56,497 bases of DNA, taken from positions 1 through 56,497 of IMG/VR virus record IMGVR_UViG_3300024517_000001. One strand, given 5' to 3'. Position numbers and translations under genes: made by a program. Of the stretch, positions 30,174 through 39,659 are shown one piece after another. Positions within the stretch are counted from its first letter, which is position 1. Each line of letters begins with the position of its first letter. The notes under the pieces are model-generated. The model was not told the DNA's origin. It ran no database searches and was given only the letters and a program-made list of their open reading frames with translations. The stretch is from a virus (Duplodnaviria > Caudoviricetes).

Positions 30174-30535
30174 TGCTAGAACTAGGACCAAGAGAACTCC
30201 TGACATTTGGGATAGTGCTGGCTGGTGTAGCTACTACATGGGGAGTCCTGAAAGCTACCATTAGATCTATTATAAATCAACTGGATAGTATGAAACAAAA
30301 CGTAACAGAAATATTTACCCGGATAGATAAGGTAGAAGCAAGACAAGCTGTTGCTCTATCCTCTATTGATGTCATGGCAAAGGACATACTCTCTCCTCAA
30401 ATTCTGAAGGAAAGATCTGAGAGAGATGGAGCTATTGAAATGAGACTAGCAGCTATTGAAAAAGATCTGGATAGGTTCTATCGAATGCATAATGGAACAC
30501 ATCCCCCACCAACCAAAGAAAAGGAAGAAGAATAA
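30173..30535 (+). CDS. membrane-anchored coiled-coil protein, possibly lysis-related
   Basis: one N-terminal TM segment, next to the endolysin. Confidence 0.55.
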   Translation: MLELGPRELLTFGIVLAGVATTWGVLKATIRSIINQLDSMKQNVTEIFTRIDKVEARQAVALSSIDVMAKDILSPQILKERSERDGAIEMRLAAIEKDLDRFYRMHNGTHPPPTKEKEEE

Positions 30536-30912
30536 TGTGGCAGTACTTTAGTGTTGAAGAACTTAAGTGCAAAGGTACAGATGAATGTCAGATGGACACA
30601 GAATTTATGAAAAAGCTTGAAGCTTTGCGGAGGGAATTTAATCAGCCTATGATCATAACTTCAGGATACAGACATGAATCTTATAATCAGGTTATAGGAG
30701 GATCTAAAAACTCTCCACATTTATACGGTAAAGCAGTTGATGTCTTGGTCAGTGGTAAGACTGCCTATAGATTAATGAAGTTAGCTATCCAACATGGCTT
30801 CACTGGCATAGGAGTATCTCAAAGAGGACCACATGAAGGTAGGTTTCTACACATAGATACTATGGATAGTAGTAATATACATCCCAGACCTTGGATATGG
30901 AGCTATAAATAG
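30535..30912 (+). CDS. endolysin, peptidase M15A family
   Basis: ITSGYR, SPHLYGKAVD, FLHID zinc-peptidase motifs. Confidence 0.88.
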   Translation: MWQYFSVEELKCKGTDECQMDTEFMKKLEALRREFNQPMIITSGYRHESYNQVIGGSKNSPHLYGKAVDVLVSGKTAYRLMKLAIQHGFTGIGVSQRGPHEGRFLHIDTMDSSNIHPRPWIWSYK

Positions 30913-31230
30913 CTAATTAATAAATGTAAATGTATTATTTATTTTATCAACCGCTAACAATCTAATTCCTAATTCTCTCTGCTTTTGTTTTATATAAGGA
31001 AGATCAGTTACTTCTGTACCATCTCGTCTTATTCTACTGCTACAAGTCTTAACATCTATTTTTAATATTTCTTGAGTTTCCACATTATAAGCAATTATAT
31101 CTATTGGTCCTGAACAACATTCATTACGAAATACTTCATATCCTTGTTCCAATAGCCATACTACTGCTTTATGTTCTGATATATCTCCAGATCTATTTTG
31201 TGAAAACACGATTTTCATCCTACGGGCCAT
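30913..31230 (-). CDS. PD-(D/E)XK endonuclease
   Basis: GDISE...GYEVF...IDII...IDVKT. Confidence 0.7.
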   Translation of the reverse strand: MARRMKIVFSQNRSGDISEHKAVVWLLEQGYEVFRNECCSGPIDIIAYNVETQEILKIDVKTCSSRIRRDGTEVTDLPYIKQKQRELGIRLLAVDKINNTFTFIN

Positions 31231-31236
31231 ACAGCC

Positions 31237-31749
31237 TCATACAGGAGAAGTAGCCTCTTCAGGCTGGGGTAGGTCCAGAGACTCCTCTACACCCCCCTCA
31301 GTGACGCTCTCTGGCTCTCCATTTTCCTCATCATCCTCATAAATCGTAAAGTCACACTTAGATAGAAGGTCTAATACCTTTTCTTCTCCTAAAACGTTAA
31401 GACATCCTACAATTGCACCTTCTAAAGTTTCTTCATCCAGATTAATGTTAACATCTGAGTTAGCTCCCCTCACTCTGGAGAGTAATTCAAGAGCTTTGAT
31501 TGCACTATTGGTATGTCCATTTGCTTTGGCATAGGTATACTGACTTTCTATTTCTTCTATAACATTAACATTTGTTTCAAGCTCTTGTTCAAGATCTTTT
31601 ATTCTTTCTGTAATCTCATCTGACTGAAGTAATCTATATCCCTGATTGTAGGCAGATGCTTTTGCATAACCTGCTGCTCTAGCTGCTTCAGTAGCATTCC
31701 TGTGAAGAACATAAGCTTGAGCAAACTTTTCCTGTTTATCATTTAACAT
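31237..31749 (-). CDS. terS: terminase small subunit
   Basis: LNDKQEKFAQAY...NATEAARAAGY...GYRLL HTH; AIKALELL. Confidence 0.8.
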   Translation of the reverse strand: MLNDKQEKFAQAYVLHRNATEAARAAGYAKASAYNQGYRLLQSDEITERIKDLEQELETNVNVIEEIESQYTYAKANGHTNSAIKALELLSRVRGANSDVNINLDEETLEGAIVGCLNVLGEEKVLDLLSKCDFTIYEDDEENGEPESVTEGGVEESLDLPQPEEATSPV

Positions 31750-31993
31750 AATAAGATACCAATCCATTAATTAATAAGACAAGAGAGACAGCATTGATTA
31801 CAAGTAATGCTCTGTCATTCCAGATGATAGCTACAATAAACCATCCAAACATTCCAATGGCATGAACCATCAGGTTAAGAGGGTAGATGTTATTGCTGGT
31901 CAGGATAACTCCTCCTACCAGTATGATTGAAGCTATCCATTTAATATACCAATCAAGAGTATGAGTTGGTGTTTGTTTAATTAATTTAGTCAT
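31739..31993 (-). CDS. small multi-pass membrane protein (DUF6552/PnuC-fragment-like)
   Basis: KWIAS...IYPLN...GWFIVAIIWNDRALLVIN. Confidence 0.65.
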   Translation of the reverse strand: MTKLIKQTPTHTLDWYIKWIASIILVGGVILTSNNIYPLNLMVHAIGMFGWFIVAIIWNDRALLVINAVSLVLLINGLVSYYVK

Positions 31994-32319
31994 ACCTGAA
32001 AACTTTCTCCGCATCCACACATGGATTCTACATTAGGGTTATCAATCATAAGACGCTGACCAAAGATGTCCTTCTTATAGTCCACCGTCATTCCTGCTAC
32101 ATAAACACTGGAGATATTATCGATAACAAGTTTACCTGTATCCAGATCTATAATGAAGTCATCGATAATGTCATCGAACTCTTCCTCAGTGACAAGCTGC
32201 CAATCATAGGTAAAGCCAGAGCATCCTCCGCTGTTAACTGCTAGTCGAATAGCAGCTACCTTATTCTCTGCAACAACAGAGGATAGGTGTATGTCTGCGT
32301 TGTCAGTCAGCTTTATCAT
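31990..32319 (-). CDS. iscA: A-type Fe-S carrier protein (IscA/HesB family)
   Basis: GGCSG and CGCGESF signatures. Confidence 0.9.
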   Translation of the reverse strand: MIKLTDNADIHLSSVVAENKVAAIRLAVNSGGCSGFTYDWQLVTEEEFDDIIDDFIIDLDTGKLVIDNISSVYVAGMTVDYKKDIFGQRLMIDNPNVESMCGCGESFQV

Positions 32320-32418
32320 CTTTCTTACCTGAGAAATATTTAGGGTTACCTGTACCTGACAGCTTTTTATTTAGCCAGATACAGAACCTCCACTGCAATT
32401 TATAAAGCCACTTAAGCA

Positions 32419-32820
32419 TTACTTCATATTATTTCTTTGTATACCCTTGAACTTTTCAAAAGATCTCATAGATCCAAGACCTAGTAAGGATAAAGTTAAC
32501 GGCATTAAACCTTCTGTTTCAAAAAGTGGGAGCATAAGTTCTGATCCACTAACTGCAAGTATCCATGCAGCTACAGGCTGAAAGACAAACTGCCAACCCA
32601 GACCAAAGGCACATATCCACATGATGGCTGGCCTAGCTCCTGCAATAAACACACTGGAATGTTTTGCTTGCTCAAGGTTTGTTTGTGCCTGAGCCAGATC
32701 CAGTGATATAATTTGTGACTTAAGTTCTGATTCAAGTTTTCTCTTTAAATCTTTATCTTCAACAAACTTATCAAGAACTTTACCTGCTACTCCTACTACT
32801 GATTCTACTATTCCTAACAT
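32419..32820 (-). CDS. holin (GTA 3TM holin-like)
   Basis: ARPAIMWIC, LLGLGSMRSFEKFKG. Confidence 0.75.
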   Translation of the reverse strand: MLGIVESVVGVAGKVLDKFVEDKDLKRKLESELKSQIISLDLAQAQTNLEQAKHSSVFIAGARPAIMWICAFGLGWQFVFQPVAAWILAVSGSELMLPLFETEGLMPLTLSLLGLGSMRSFEKFKGIQRNNMK

Positions 32821-33548
32821 TCTTCTGCCTCCTCCTTTTGAAATTGTATTATTCTGGGGTAACTATCTATCTGATATCCTTTCGTTAGAACATGATCAAC
32901 ATCATCTTCAAAGAAGCCATTAAAGAAAGGATAGATAATAAGATCTTTATGGTTGCGACTTTCATGTGCCAAGAATTGTAACCAATCCTGATGATGGAAT
33001 ACTGAGACATGAACATTCGTACCATCTTTGAATTTTTTCACAGCTTCATAGCAAGCTACATTTACAAAGACCATCTTCTTGGCATAGGAAAATATTTCTC
33101 TGATGACCCATCCCAGATCTTCTTCAGGTACATGTTCCATAACATCAGTACATATAACTGCATCATACTTCTCTGTAGGTAGTGTTTTAAAATCTTCATA
33201 ACCGGGATCGTAGAGATGGTATGAATCCAGATTCCAGAAATAAGGAAGAGGTTCCTTTATAACATCTGTTACACTTTCAAAGTGTTCCTGCATATAAAGA
33301 TGTCCCTTCCCACATCCGTAATCAAGTAAGGTTTTACAATTGTTACCTTCCAGAAAATTTTTAATATAACTTACATACTTGACAAGACTTCTGCCATTAA
33401 AGATACCATACCCAGAATCATGCATGTCTTTGTATTCTTTTAGAAGAGATCTATATCTTTTGGAAGGATTATCTCTACTAAGTTTTGGATCAAAAGATAT
33501 AGGCTTACGATTAACTGTTTTACCTACAACTTCAATATCACTTGGCAT
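32814..33548 (-). CDS. class I SAM-dependent methyltransferase
   Basis: LLDYGCGKG, DAVICTDVMEHVP. Confidence 0.85.
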   Translation of the reverse strand: MPSDIEVVGKTVNRKPISFDPKLSRDNPSKRYRSLLKEYKDMHDSGYGIFNGRSLVKYVSYIKNFLEGNNCKTLLDYGCGKGHLYMQEHFESVTDVIKEPLPYFWNLDSYHLYDPGYEDFKTLPTEKYDAVICTDVMEHVPEEDLGWVIREIFSYAKKMVFVNVACYEAVKKFKDGTNVHVSVFHHQDWLQFLAHESRNHKDLIIYPFFNGFFEDDVDHVLTKGYQIDSYPRIIQFQKEEAEEC

Positions 33549-35919
33549 TATAGTACTCCTCAAATGCAGGTCTGTTTTCTTTTTCCAGAGCAATATCCCA
33601 GAGATCTGCTATCATTGTGTTCTCTCCGTGAAAAGTAAGAACTCCTTCCAATCCTTCATCTGAGAATACTTTCTCACAATCTTGAGCCATTGCCAGTAAC
33701 TCACCAGTAGTCCAGTAAGTTTTCTCTTTGACATTGACCTGTATGTACTTAGGTTTGGGAACTTCTCCACCATCTATATCACCTGTAGTCTCAGTCTTCT
33801 CTTCATTGGTAGGCTCATCCCGACAACATTCAAAACCAAACAGATGTATGTCCCTGAAGCCCATTGTATGCAGCATACCTATACCTCTCATGGCAGCACA
33901 TGTACCACCAGTAATGAGAGTAGATCCTTCAGGTATGCCCAGATCAGAGGAAAGCTTTACCTGTCTGTTCTGTATCTGATGTCCTTTCTCTGTATCTGTT
34001 CTGAGTGAGTCAGTAAAGGCATGCCATCCCCAGATCTGTGCTTTGTTTTCTATGAGATGATTTGTCACAGAAGGATCAGTCATAGAGGCTACAAAGAATC
34101 TGGTATCAGGATCTACTTTCTTAAACAAATCTTTACGAACAATGTTATGTGTAGACATACCAGTAATAGGTCTGGGATCTAGAATAATACAACCCCAAGG
34201 CTGTATGCCATGTTCAAGTAGTTTAGGGTAAGCATGTTTCACCGTCACTACTTTTACATCAGGATTTTCAATGGTAAATTCTTTTAACTTTTTATAATCC
34301 AGATAAGGACCAGCAGAAATAACAGCAGCCCTGTCTTTATGTACAGGATGTTTAGTAATCCACTTCTTCGGATCAATCAAGGTCATGTTAGAATTAATAT
34401 TATTCTTTATATAATCTTTAGGGACACAATCTCTGGGATGTACTATGATAGGTACTCTCTTCAGATCTTCTGGTATGTCTTCTAACTTAGAGTCATGAAG
34501 AAAAACCACAAGATGAGTATTACCACCGCCAACCACTTTATCACCTGAAGGTAATATATATTTTCTTGTTGCCGTAGATTCATCAAAGTTAGTCCATCCA
34601 TCTTTCGTTGTTTCCTGTGCATCCACTTTCTTTGTAGGTACATCATCAAATACATGTTTTACTCCTTGATATTTTTCAGGAGGAAGACCTTCATCATCAT
34701 CCGTAGTAAAGTAATGATCAGCTACAACTACTGGTACATGCTTAAGAACTTTATATTCTGCTTCAACAGTCTCCCGGCTGTTGCCGCTTCCCATCAAAGC
34801 AAAGTCAACGTCACTTATTTCCTCAGTCTTTAACATGCGATCAAGAGTTTCTCTGACATTTCCCTTATACAATTCAAAGGTAAATGTTTTATCTTCCTTA
34901 TCCTTTATATGCTTTGCAAATTCCTCAAACCTATTCCTTACAGCCTGTATAGTATTATGAGGTTTGACATTAAACTCTACATGATCTGTGTCTGTAGTAG
35001 CATCCTCAAACAAATCAAAGCCAATGTAATGAACCTTCTCCTTATGTTTGAATGCAGCCAAGGCCATCTCAATAGCCCTCCCTCCATTCCATGTTCCGCT
35101 TTCCAGTATACATTCAGGCTTGTAGAACCTGATGATGTCTGCCAGTTGTCTATATCTATTAGGAAGTATGTCAGGAGATGTCTCAGTATCCGACAATTTA
35201 ATAATGCGTTGGCCATCCTTATCTCTGACGGCCATGTTCTTTCGATCTTCCAGACTGACAATCATCTCTGAGATAGGGGAATGTTCAGGATCAATCTCAT
35301 GTACCTGCATACCATGAGCTTCATAGATAGTTCTTAGTCTATTCAGAATAAAAGTATCATGCCACTCCCTGTAGTTGGAGAACTCTCCTGAAATAAAAGC
35401 TCCTCTTAAATCTCCCAGTAAATCTACTGGCGTTTGTCTGCACAAATTATAGGCAGTTAGATAAGCCTCATCCTTTAAAGTAATCAAGTCTACCTTATCA
35501 GAGTTCTCTGGAAAGATAGATTCAATATCTTTAACAGATATATTCTTGGTATTGATGACACTGGGATCAAGCCAGATTAACCAACAACCACTACTCTCAA
35601 AGGCACACTCAGTCAGAGCTATAACTTTAGGAACAAACTTGATAGGATCAAGTATCTCATTATAAGGTATAGTATTTCCTTCAGTACCATTATGTTTACT
35701 AAATTCTTTTAGAAATTTAGGATAGTCCACTACCTCCATCAGGTTATGGTAGTGGATGTTAGCAGCTTTGGGAAGAGAATAGTTTGATAGATCAAGATTG
35801 TAATAGTAACAATGAAAGTCTATTTTATTTTCCCAGTTATCCTTGAACTCAGTAAGAAGTATACTAGTACTCTGTTGAAGAAAAGCCTCATCAAAGGCAG
35901 TTACAATTTTATATTTCAT
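33538..35919 (-). CDS. multidomain protein: glycosyltransferase-like + methyltransferase + DUF115/Maf-like domain
   Basis: N-terminal KVIAL...LIWLD...EWHDTFI; ILESGTWNGG...YIGFDLFE; VISAGPYL...MGFRDIHLFGFE. Confidence 0.65.
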   Translation of the reverse strand: MKYKIVTAFDEAFLQQSTSILLTEFKDNWENKIDFHCYYYNLDLSNYSLPKAANIHYHNLMEVVDYPKFLKEFSKHNGTEGNTIPYNEILDPIKFVPKVIALTECAFESSGCWLIWLDPSVINTKNISVKDIESIFPENSDKVDLITLKDEAYLTAYNLCRQTPVDLLGDLRGAFISGEFSNYREWHDTFILNRLRTIYEAHGMQVHEIDPEHSPISEMIVSLEDRKNMAVRDKDGQRIIKLSDTETSPDILPNRYRQLADIIRFYKPECILESGTWNGGRAIEMALAAFKHKEKVHYIGFDLFEDATTDTDHVEFNVKPHNTIQAVRNRFEEFAKHIKDKEDKTFTFELYKGNVRETLDRMLKTEEISDVDFALMGSGNSRETVEAEYKVLKHVPVVVADHYFTTDDDEGLPPEKYQGVKHVFDDVPTKKVDAQETTKDGWTNFDESTATRKYILPSGDKVVGGGNTHLVVFLHDSKLEDIPEDLKRVPIIVHPRDCVPKDYIKNNINSNMTLIDPKKWITKHPVHKDRAAVISAGPYLDYKKLKEFTIENPDVKVVTVKHAYPKLLEHGIQPWGCIILDPRPITGMSTHNIVRKDLFKKVDPDTRFFVASMTDPSVTNHLIENKAQIWGWHAFTDSLRTDTEKGHQIQNRQVKLSSDLGIPEGSTLITGGTCAAMRGIGMLHTMGFRDIHLFGFECCRDEPTNEEKTETTGDIDGGEVPKPKYIQVNVKEKTYWTTGELLAMAQDCEKVFSDEGLEGVLTFHGENTMIADLWDIALEKENRPAFEEYYNAK

Positions 35920-36676
35920 CTACAATTCCATTGAGTAAGAGGTAGCAATAATCTGCATTCCATTCAGAAGCATAATGTCCATCAATAGGACGTTTACATT
36001 TCCATTCTTTAAACCAAGGACCACCTGTTGTGAAGTGTACATTCTTGGGGGTAATATCTTCGCTTGAATGTCCATCAAGCCAGTTCCATTCTTCATCAAT
36101 AGAACCAATACCATTAACTTTCTCAGGGAGCCAGCCAAAGCCATGAAGAAACTTACCATCTTTCTTGTTTACTTCTTCAGGAGTAAGTACTTTGTTAGCC
36201 TCATGTCCACAGTTCCAGAGCATCAGACTTGACCAGTTCTTTCTAGGATAGGTTACCTGTTCTCTACCATCCATCTTGAATTTATCTGTAGGTTCATACT
36301 TATGTTTAACACAATACAGAGGGTAGTAGTCAGTATTATATTCCTGAAACAGTTCATTGATATCAGTTCTGGGATACATATCACAGTCCATATACAATGC
36401 CCATCCCTCATAGTGCATCAAAGCTGGTACTAAAAACCTACTAAAACTAAACTCAGTTGAGAAAGGTCTTTGATCTATCTTGTCTATGTACTGTCCGTTA
36501 ACAACCTCATGTAGGCGATAGTATAATCCCATCCTTTCCAGAATATCTTTGCGTAATCGTTTAACAACAATCGGAACAGGAGAATTTTCTTTCAAGGTCC
36601 ACTCTAAAAGTTTACAAGCAACCTCCTCCTTTGGATCATAACCTATATAGATTGTATTAAGTTTATCTTCTTTCAC
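35909..36676 (-). CDS. glycosyltransferase (GT-A fold, GT8-like)
   Basis: IYIGYD, STEFSFSRFLVP, DxD as YMDCD, RKNWSS, HFTTGGPW. Confidence 0.82.
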   Translation of the reverse strand: MKEDKLNTIYIGYDPKEEVACKLLEWTLKENSPVPIVVKRLRKDILERMGLYYRLHEVVNGQYIDKIDQRPFSTEFSFSRFLVPALMHYEGWALYMDCDMYPRTDINELFQEYNTDYYPLYCVKHKYEPTDKFKMDGREQVTYPRKNWSSLMLWNCGHEANKVLTPEEVNKKDGKFLHGFGWLPEKVNGIGSIDEEWNWLDGHSSEDITPKNVHFTTGGPWFKEWKCKRPIDGHYASEWNADYCYLLLNGIVDEI

Positions 36677-36686
36677 ACTAATCTCC

Positions 36687-36806
36687 TTATCCGTATTTTA
36701 AAACTAAATATAAAAATCCCCAAAGAAGAAAAAGATCAGCGCATATAGACCATACAATATATCCTTTTAATATCCATCTGCCTGTTTCTTTTATAGGTTT
36801 TTTCAT
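36687..36806 (-). CDS. small membrane peptide (39 aa, not in ORF track)
   Basis: manual translation MKKPIKETGRWILKGYIVWSICADLFLLWGFLYLVLKYG. Confidence 0.45.
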   Translation of the reverse strand: MKKPIKETGRWILKGYIVWSICADLFLLWGFLYLVLKYG

Positions 36807-36819
36807 TTATATTTTCCAT

Positions 36820-36853
36820 AAAAAGGGAAGGCACTCAATGAATGCCCTCCCTT
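36820..36853 (-). terminator. intrinsic terminator after hsp20
   Basis: minus strand AAGGGAGGGCATTC-ATT-GAGTGCCTTCCCTTTTT. Confidence 0.8.
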
Positions 36854-36857
36854 CTCC

Positions 36858-37304
36858 TTATTTAAATTCAATGAGCTTCGGCATTTTATCTTCTGGAATA
36901 TCCTGTCTGAGCTTGATGATAACCATCCCATTTTCAAATGAAGCTTCTGTGACTTCGATATTCTCTGCAAGATCAAATGTCTTTGTGAAAGCTCTGCTTG
37001 CTATGCCTTTATGTAGAATGTTTTCGTTGCCCTCCTTCTCAGAGTTGTTTCCACTTATGGTTAATCTTTGTTCTTCCTGAACCACTTTAACTTCTTCCTT
37101 TGTAAAGCCAGCCAAAGCCAATTCAATCTTGAACTCCGTATCCGATTCCTTAATTAGATTATGAGGTGGATAACTTTGATTATCATTCTCAGGCATATCC
37201 ATTATTCTTCGGAACAACCTGTCATAACCTATAGCCCTTCTCTCAAATTTCAGTAGAGAAGGAGTATTAAGGAACTTCCAATCACCTTCTAGTCTTACAT
37301 TCAT
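36858..37304 (-). CDS. hsp20: small heat-shock protein, Hsp20/IbpA family
   Basis: AIGYDRLF, SYPPHNL, IELALAGF, LHKGIASRAF, ASFENG; AAGGAG RBS before ATG at 37304. Confidence 0.93.
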   Translation of the reverse strand: MNVRLEGDWKFLNTPSLLKFERRAIGYDRLFRRIMDMPENDNQSYPPHNLIKESDTEFKIELALAGFTKEEVKVVQEEQRLTISGNNSEKEGNENILHKGIASRAFTKTFDLAENIEVTEASFENGMVIIKLRQDIPEDKMPKLIEFK

Positions 37305-37357
37305 AGCATTCTCCTTATTAAGCAAGAGGTTATGGAACCTATTATTAGCATTCCATA
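37305..37357 (-). promoter_or_regulatory. ROSE-like RNA thermometer in the hsp20 5' UTR
   Basis: UCUU(G)CUU-AAU-AAGGAGA hairpin occluding the SD with a bulged G; upstream UAUGGAA/UUCCAUA stem. Confidence 0.7.
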
Positions 37358-37363
37358 TACTAT

Positions 37364-37393
37364 ATTATACTACACAATGTAGTACTTTGTCAA
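37364..37393 (-). promoter_or_regulatory. sigma70 promoter of hsp20 (TTGACA-N18-TATAAT)
   Basis: consensus hexamers in the intergenic region. Confidence 0.8.
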
Positions 37394-37401
37394 ATGTTAT
37401 T

Positions 37402-39078
37402 TTAAACCCCACAAGTTCCACCTGATCCAGTGATCTCACAAATATCATGAGGTTGTATATTATCCTCAAATTCTTCACCAAGTTTTTCAATAGCTTCACT
37501 ATAAGGAACCTTGGTTAAAGGCTGACCGCCTCTACATCCATCAGGATAACAGGTGAAGCCTCTTAATCTATGAGCATACTTAGCTAAAGTCTGAGCAAAG
37601 TCCTCCACCTTACCTTCGTTGTTATCTTCTGTATCCCATGCTGGTAGATTAATTGTGCTGGAGATAGACATATCCACATACTCTTGGACATTAGCTTGGA
37701 AGTTTAATCTCCTTTCATAGTTAGTTACCAGATCAAGGGCAGACTCAATACTCTCAGGCTTAACACCATAGAGTTCTATCATCTCTTGTGCAGCACTATC
37801 AACTACATACTGGTAGTGCCATCTCTTGTTCTTTAGATACCTTCTCTTATAAGCTACAGCAAAGATAGGTTCTACCCCAGTAGATGTGCCTCCTAATATT
37901 CCTATCGTACCAGTAGGAGCTACTGCCCTAACAGCAACAGGAACAGAGATGTTAAGTGTATTAGCAAAGGCTCTAGCTACCTTGTCTGACTCAGCTTCAT
38001 ATACCTTGAACCATCTATGCAGTTCTGGTGTGGTTTCATACTTGTGTCCACGTTGTATCAACCACTCATGAAGACCCATCAAGCCAAGTCCTAAACGTCT
38101 ATTTGAATTTCTAACCTCATACACTTTCTCGTAGGGGAGTGTAGCTCTGAGTGTTCCACACAATAGAAACTTTGTGGCAAGTTGGACAACCTCTTGCAGT
38201 TGGTTAAGGTCATCAATACGAGCAAAATTGAGACTACCCAGATTACAAACATCACTGTCGTCTTCACTCGTAACTTCGGTGCAAGCGTTACGGAGGGTTT
38301 CGTTTTCTTTCTCAAAGAAGTTGAATGAGAATCCCGGTTCACCTGTTCTAAGAGCCTGATGTATATTAGTCCTAAAGACATGGCCTAGATCTCCTTTCTC
38401 CCAATAGTTTAACAACCATTCGGTATCATAGTTTACACTGATGTTGGTCATGTCCAGAGGTGCAGGAAAGTTGAAGTCATCTTGTTTAATATCAAACAAA
38501 GTCTTACCTGTCTTTCCTACTGGCATATCGAACCAGTTCTTGGCAGTCAGAAACTTATCTATGTCATCGTGCTTCCAGTTAAGAGAAGCATAGATAGCAG
38601 ACCTACGACTACCACCCTGCATAACCTTCTGACCTATAGAGTTAATCATCTGCATCTTAGGTATTGGGCCAGAAGCTACACCACCTGTACCCTTCAGGGT
38701 TTGTCCTTCAGATCTGTAAGTAGAATAGTCTACACCAATACCACCACCTGTCATCAGACAGGACTCAGACTTCCAAGACAGGTTAGCCCAATCTTCTCTG
38801 GTATCTTCTTCTGCTTTAAGAAGGTAACAGTTATTAAAGAACTTCTTATCTCTTCCTGCATAGTAAAGATACCTACCTCCGGGTAAGAACCTGAGATTGG
38901 AAATGTGATCTATCAATGCTTCCTTCTCGTCCTTACTCAGATTATTCTGACAGACATCCTCCACCAGAGTACAAGCTAACTCATGAAAAGTTTCTGCTCC
39001 TTCATGGGAATACTTGGTATAGAAAATGTCTTCACTAAACTTGGATCTGAATTGTGGATTACGATTTGACTTGAACAT
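37402..39078 (-). CDS. nrdJ: ribonucleotide reductase, class II (adenosylcobalamin-dependent)
   Basis: FLPGGR, NCY, NACTE, CNLGS, APTGT, C-terminal Cys pair; no beta-subunit gene seen. Confidence 0.88.
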   Translation of the reverse strand: MFKSNRNPQFRSKFSEDIFYTKYSHEGAETFHELACTLVEDVCQNNLSKDEKEALIDHISNLRFLPGGRYLYYAGRDKKFFNNCYLLKAEEDTREDWANLSWKSESCLMTGGGIGVDYSTYRSEGQTLKGTGGVASGPIPKMQMINSIGQKVMQGGSRRSAIYASLNWKHDDIDKFLTAKNWFDMPVGKTGKTLFDIKQDDFNFPAPLDMTNISVNYDTEWLLNYWEKGDLGHVFRTNIHQALRTGEPGFSFNFFEKENETLRNACTEVTSEDDSDVCNLGSLNFARIDDLNQLQEVVQLATKFLLCGTLRATLPYEKVYEVRNSNRRLGLGLMGLHEWLIQRGHKYETTPELHRWFKVYEAESDKVARAFANTLNISVPVAVRAVAPTGTIGILGGTSTGVEPIFAVAYKRRYLKNKRWHYQYVVDSAAQEMIELYGVKPESIESALDLVTNYERRLNFQANVQEYVDMSISSTINLPAWDTEDNNEGKVEDFAQTLAKYAHRLRGFTCYPDGCRGGQPLTKVPYSEAIEKLGEEFEDNIQPHDICEITGSGGTCGV

Positions 39079-39364
39079 GTCTACCCCTCTCTATTAAATC
39101 GTTAAATAGGTCTGCTTGTTTATCTTCTTCTGGATACTCTAATTCTAAAAGCAGTTGTGCATAGTGAATTACTTTTAATATATCTTTCTTGCCTTCTCCT
39201 TTTTTATTATGTCTGGTTATATATTTTACAATATTAGCTTCGCATGTATTTAAATTATTATAATGAGAGTAAACCGTAGGCTGTATGGCACAATCTTTAT
39301 AATGATCTCCACCTATCTGAACATCAAATGGGTTAGAGTAATGATTGTAATCTTCTTCTGACAT
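39059..39364 (-). CDS. DUF3310 / T7 gp1.7-like nucleotide kinase
   Basis: QIGGDHY...NIVKYITR...DILK. Confidence 0.75.
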   Translation of the reverse strand: MSEEDYNHYSNPFDVQIGGDHYKDCAIQPTVYSHYNNLNTCEANIVKYITRHNKKGEGKKDILKVIHYAQLLLELEYPEEDKQADLFNDLIERGRHVQVKS

Positions 39365-39659
39365 GATCTACATCTCCTGATTGAATGACTTCATAAGCAA
39401 AGGTTCTCACCTTAATGGGAGGTAGTCCTGCAAAATGACATACGGTTTCAAAGTCTTCACAGGTTACTCCTACAGAGGTAAAGAACCATGCATGGGCTTG
39501 ATCTCTATTGAGAGTTATATGAGTATCTTCTTCTTTTAGTTCAGGCTTGGTAAGATCTAAAAGAGCTTGTAATATTATAGCTAAGTATAAAGATTTATGA
39601 GGATCTTTATTTGTAAGATCGTATAAATCTTCAGTCGAGACACTAGTCTGTATGTTCAA
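39333..39659 (-). CDS. hypothetical protein
   Basis: LYLAIILQALLD...AHAWF...DFETVC. Confidence 0.65.
   Translation of the reverse strand: MNIQTSVSTEDLYDLTNKDPHKSLYLAIILQALLDLTKPELKEEDTHITLNRDQAHAWFFTSVGVTCEDFETVCHFAGLPPIKVRTFAYEVIQSGDVDHVRRRLQSLL

Noticed and set aside
37345-37371. CIRCE element upstream of hsp20
   Set aside because: TTAGCATTC resembles one half-site but the matching GAGTGCTAA half 9 bp away is absent
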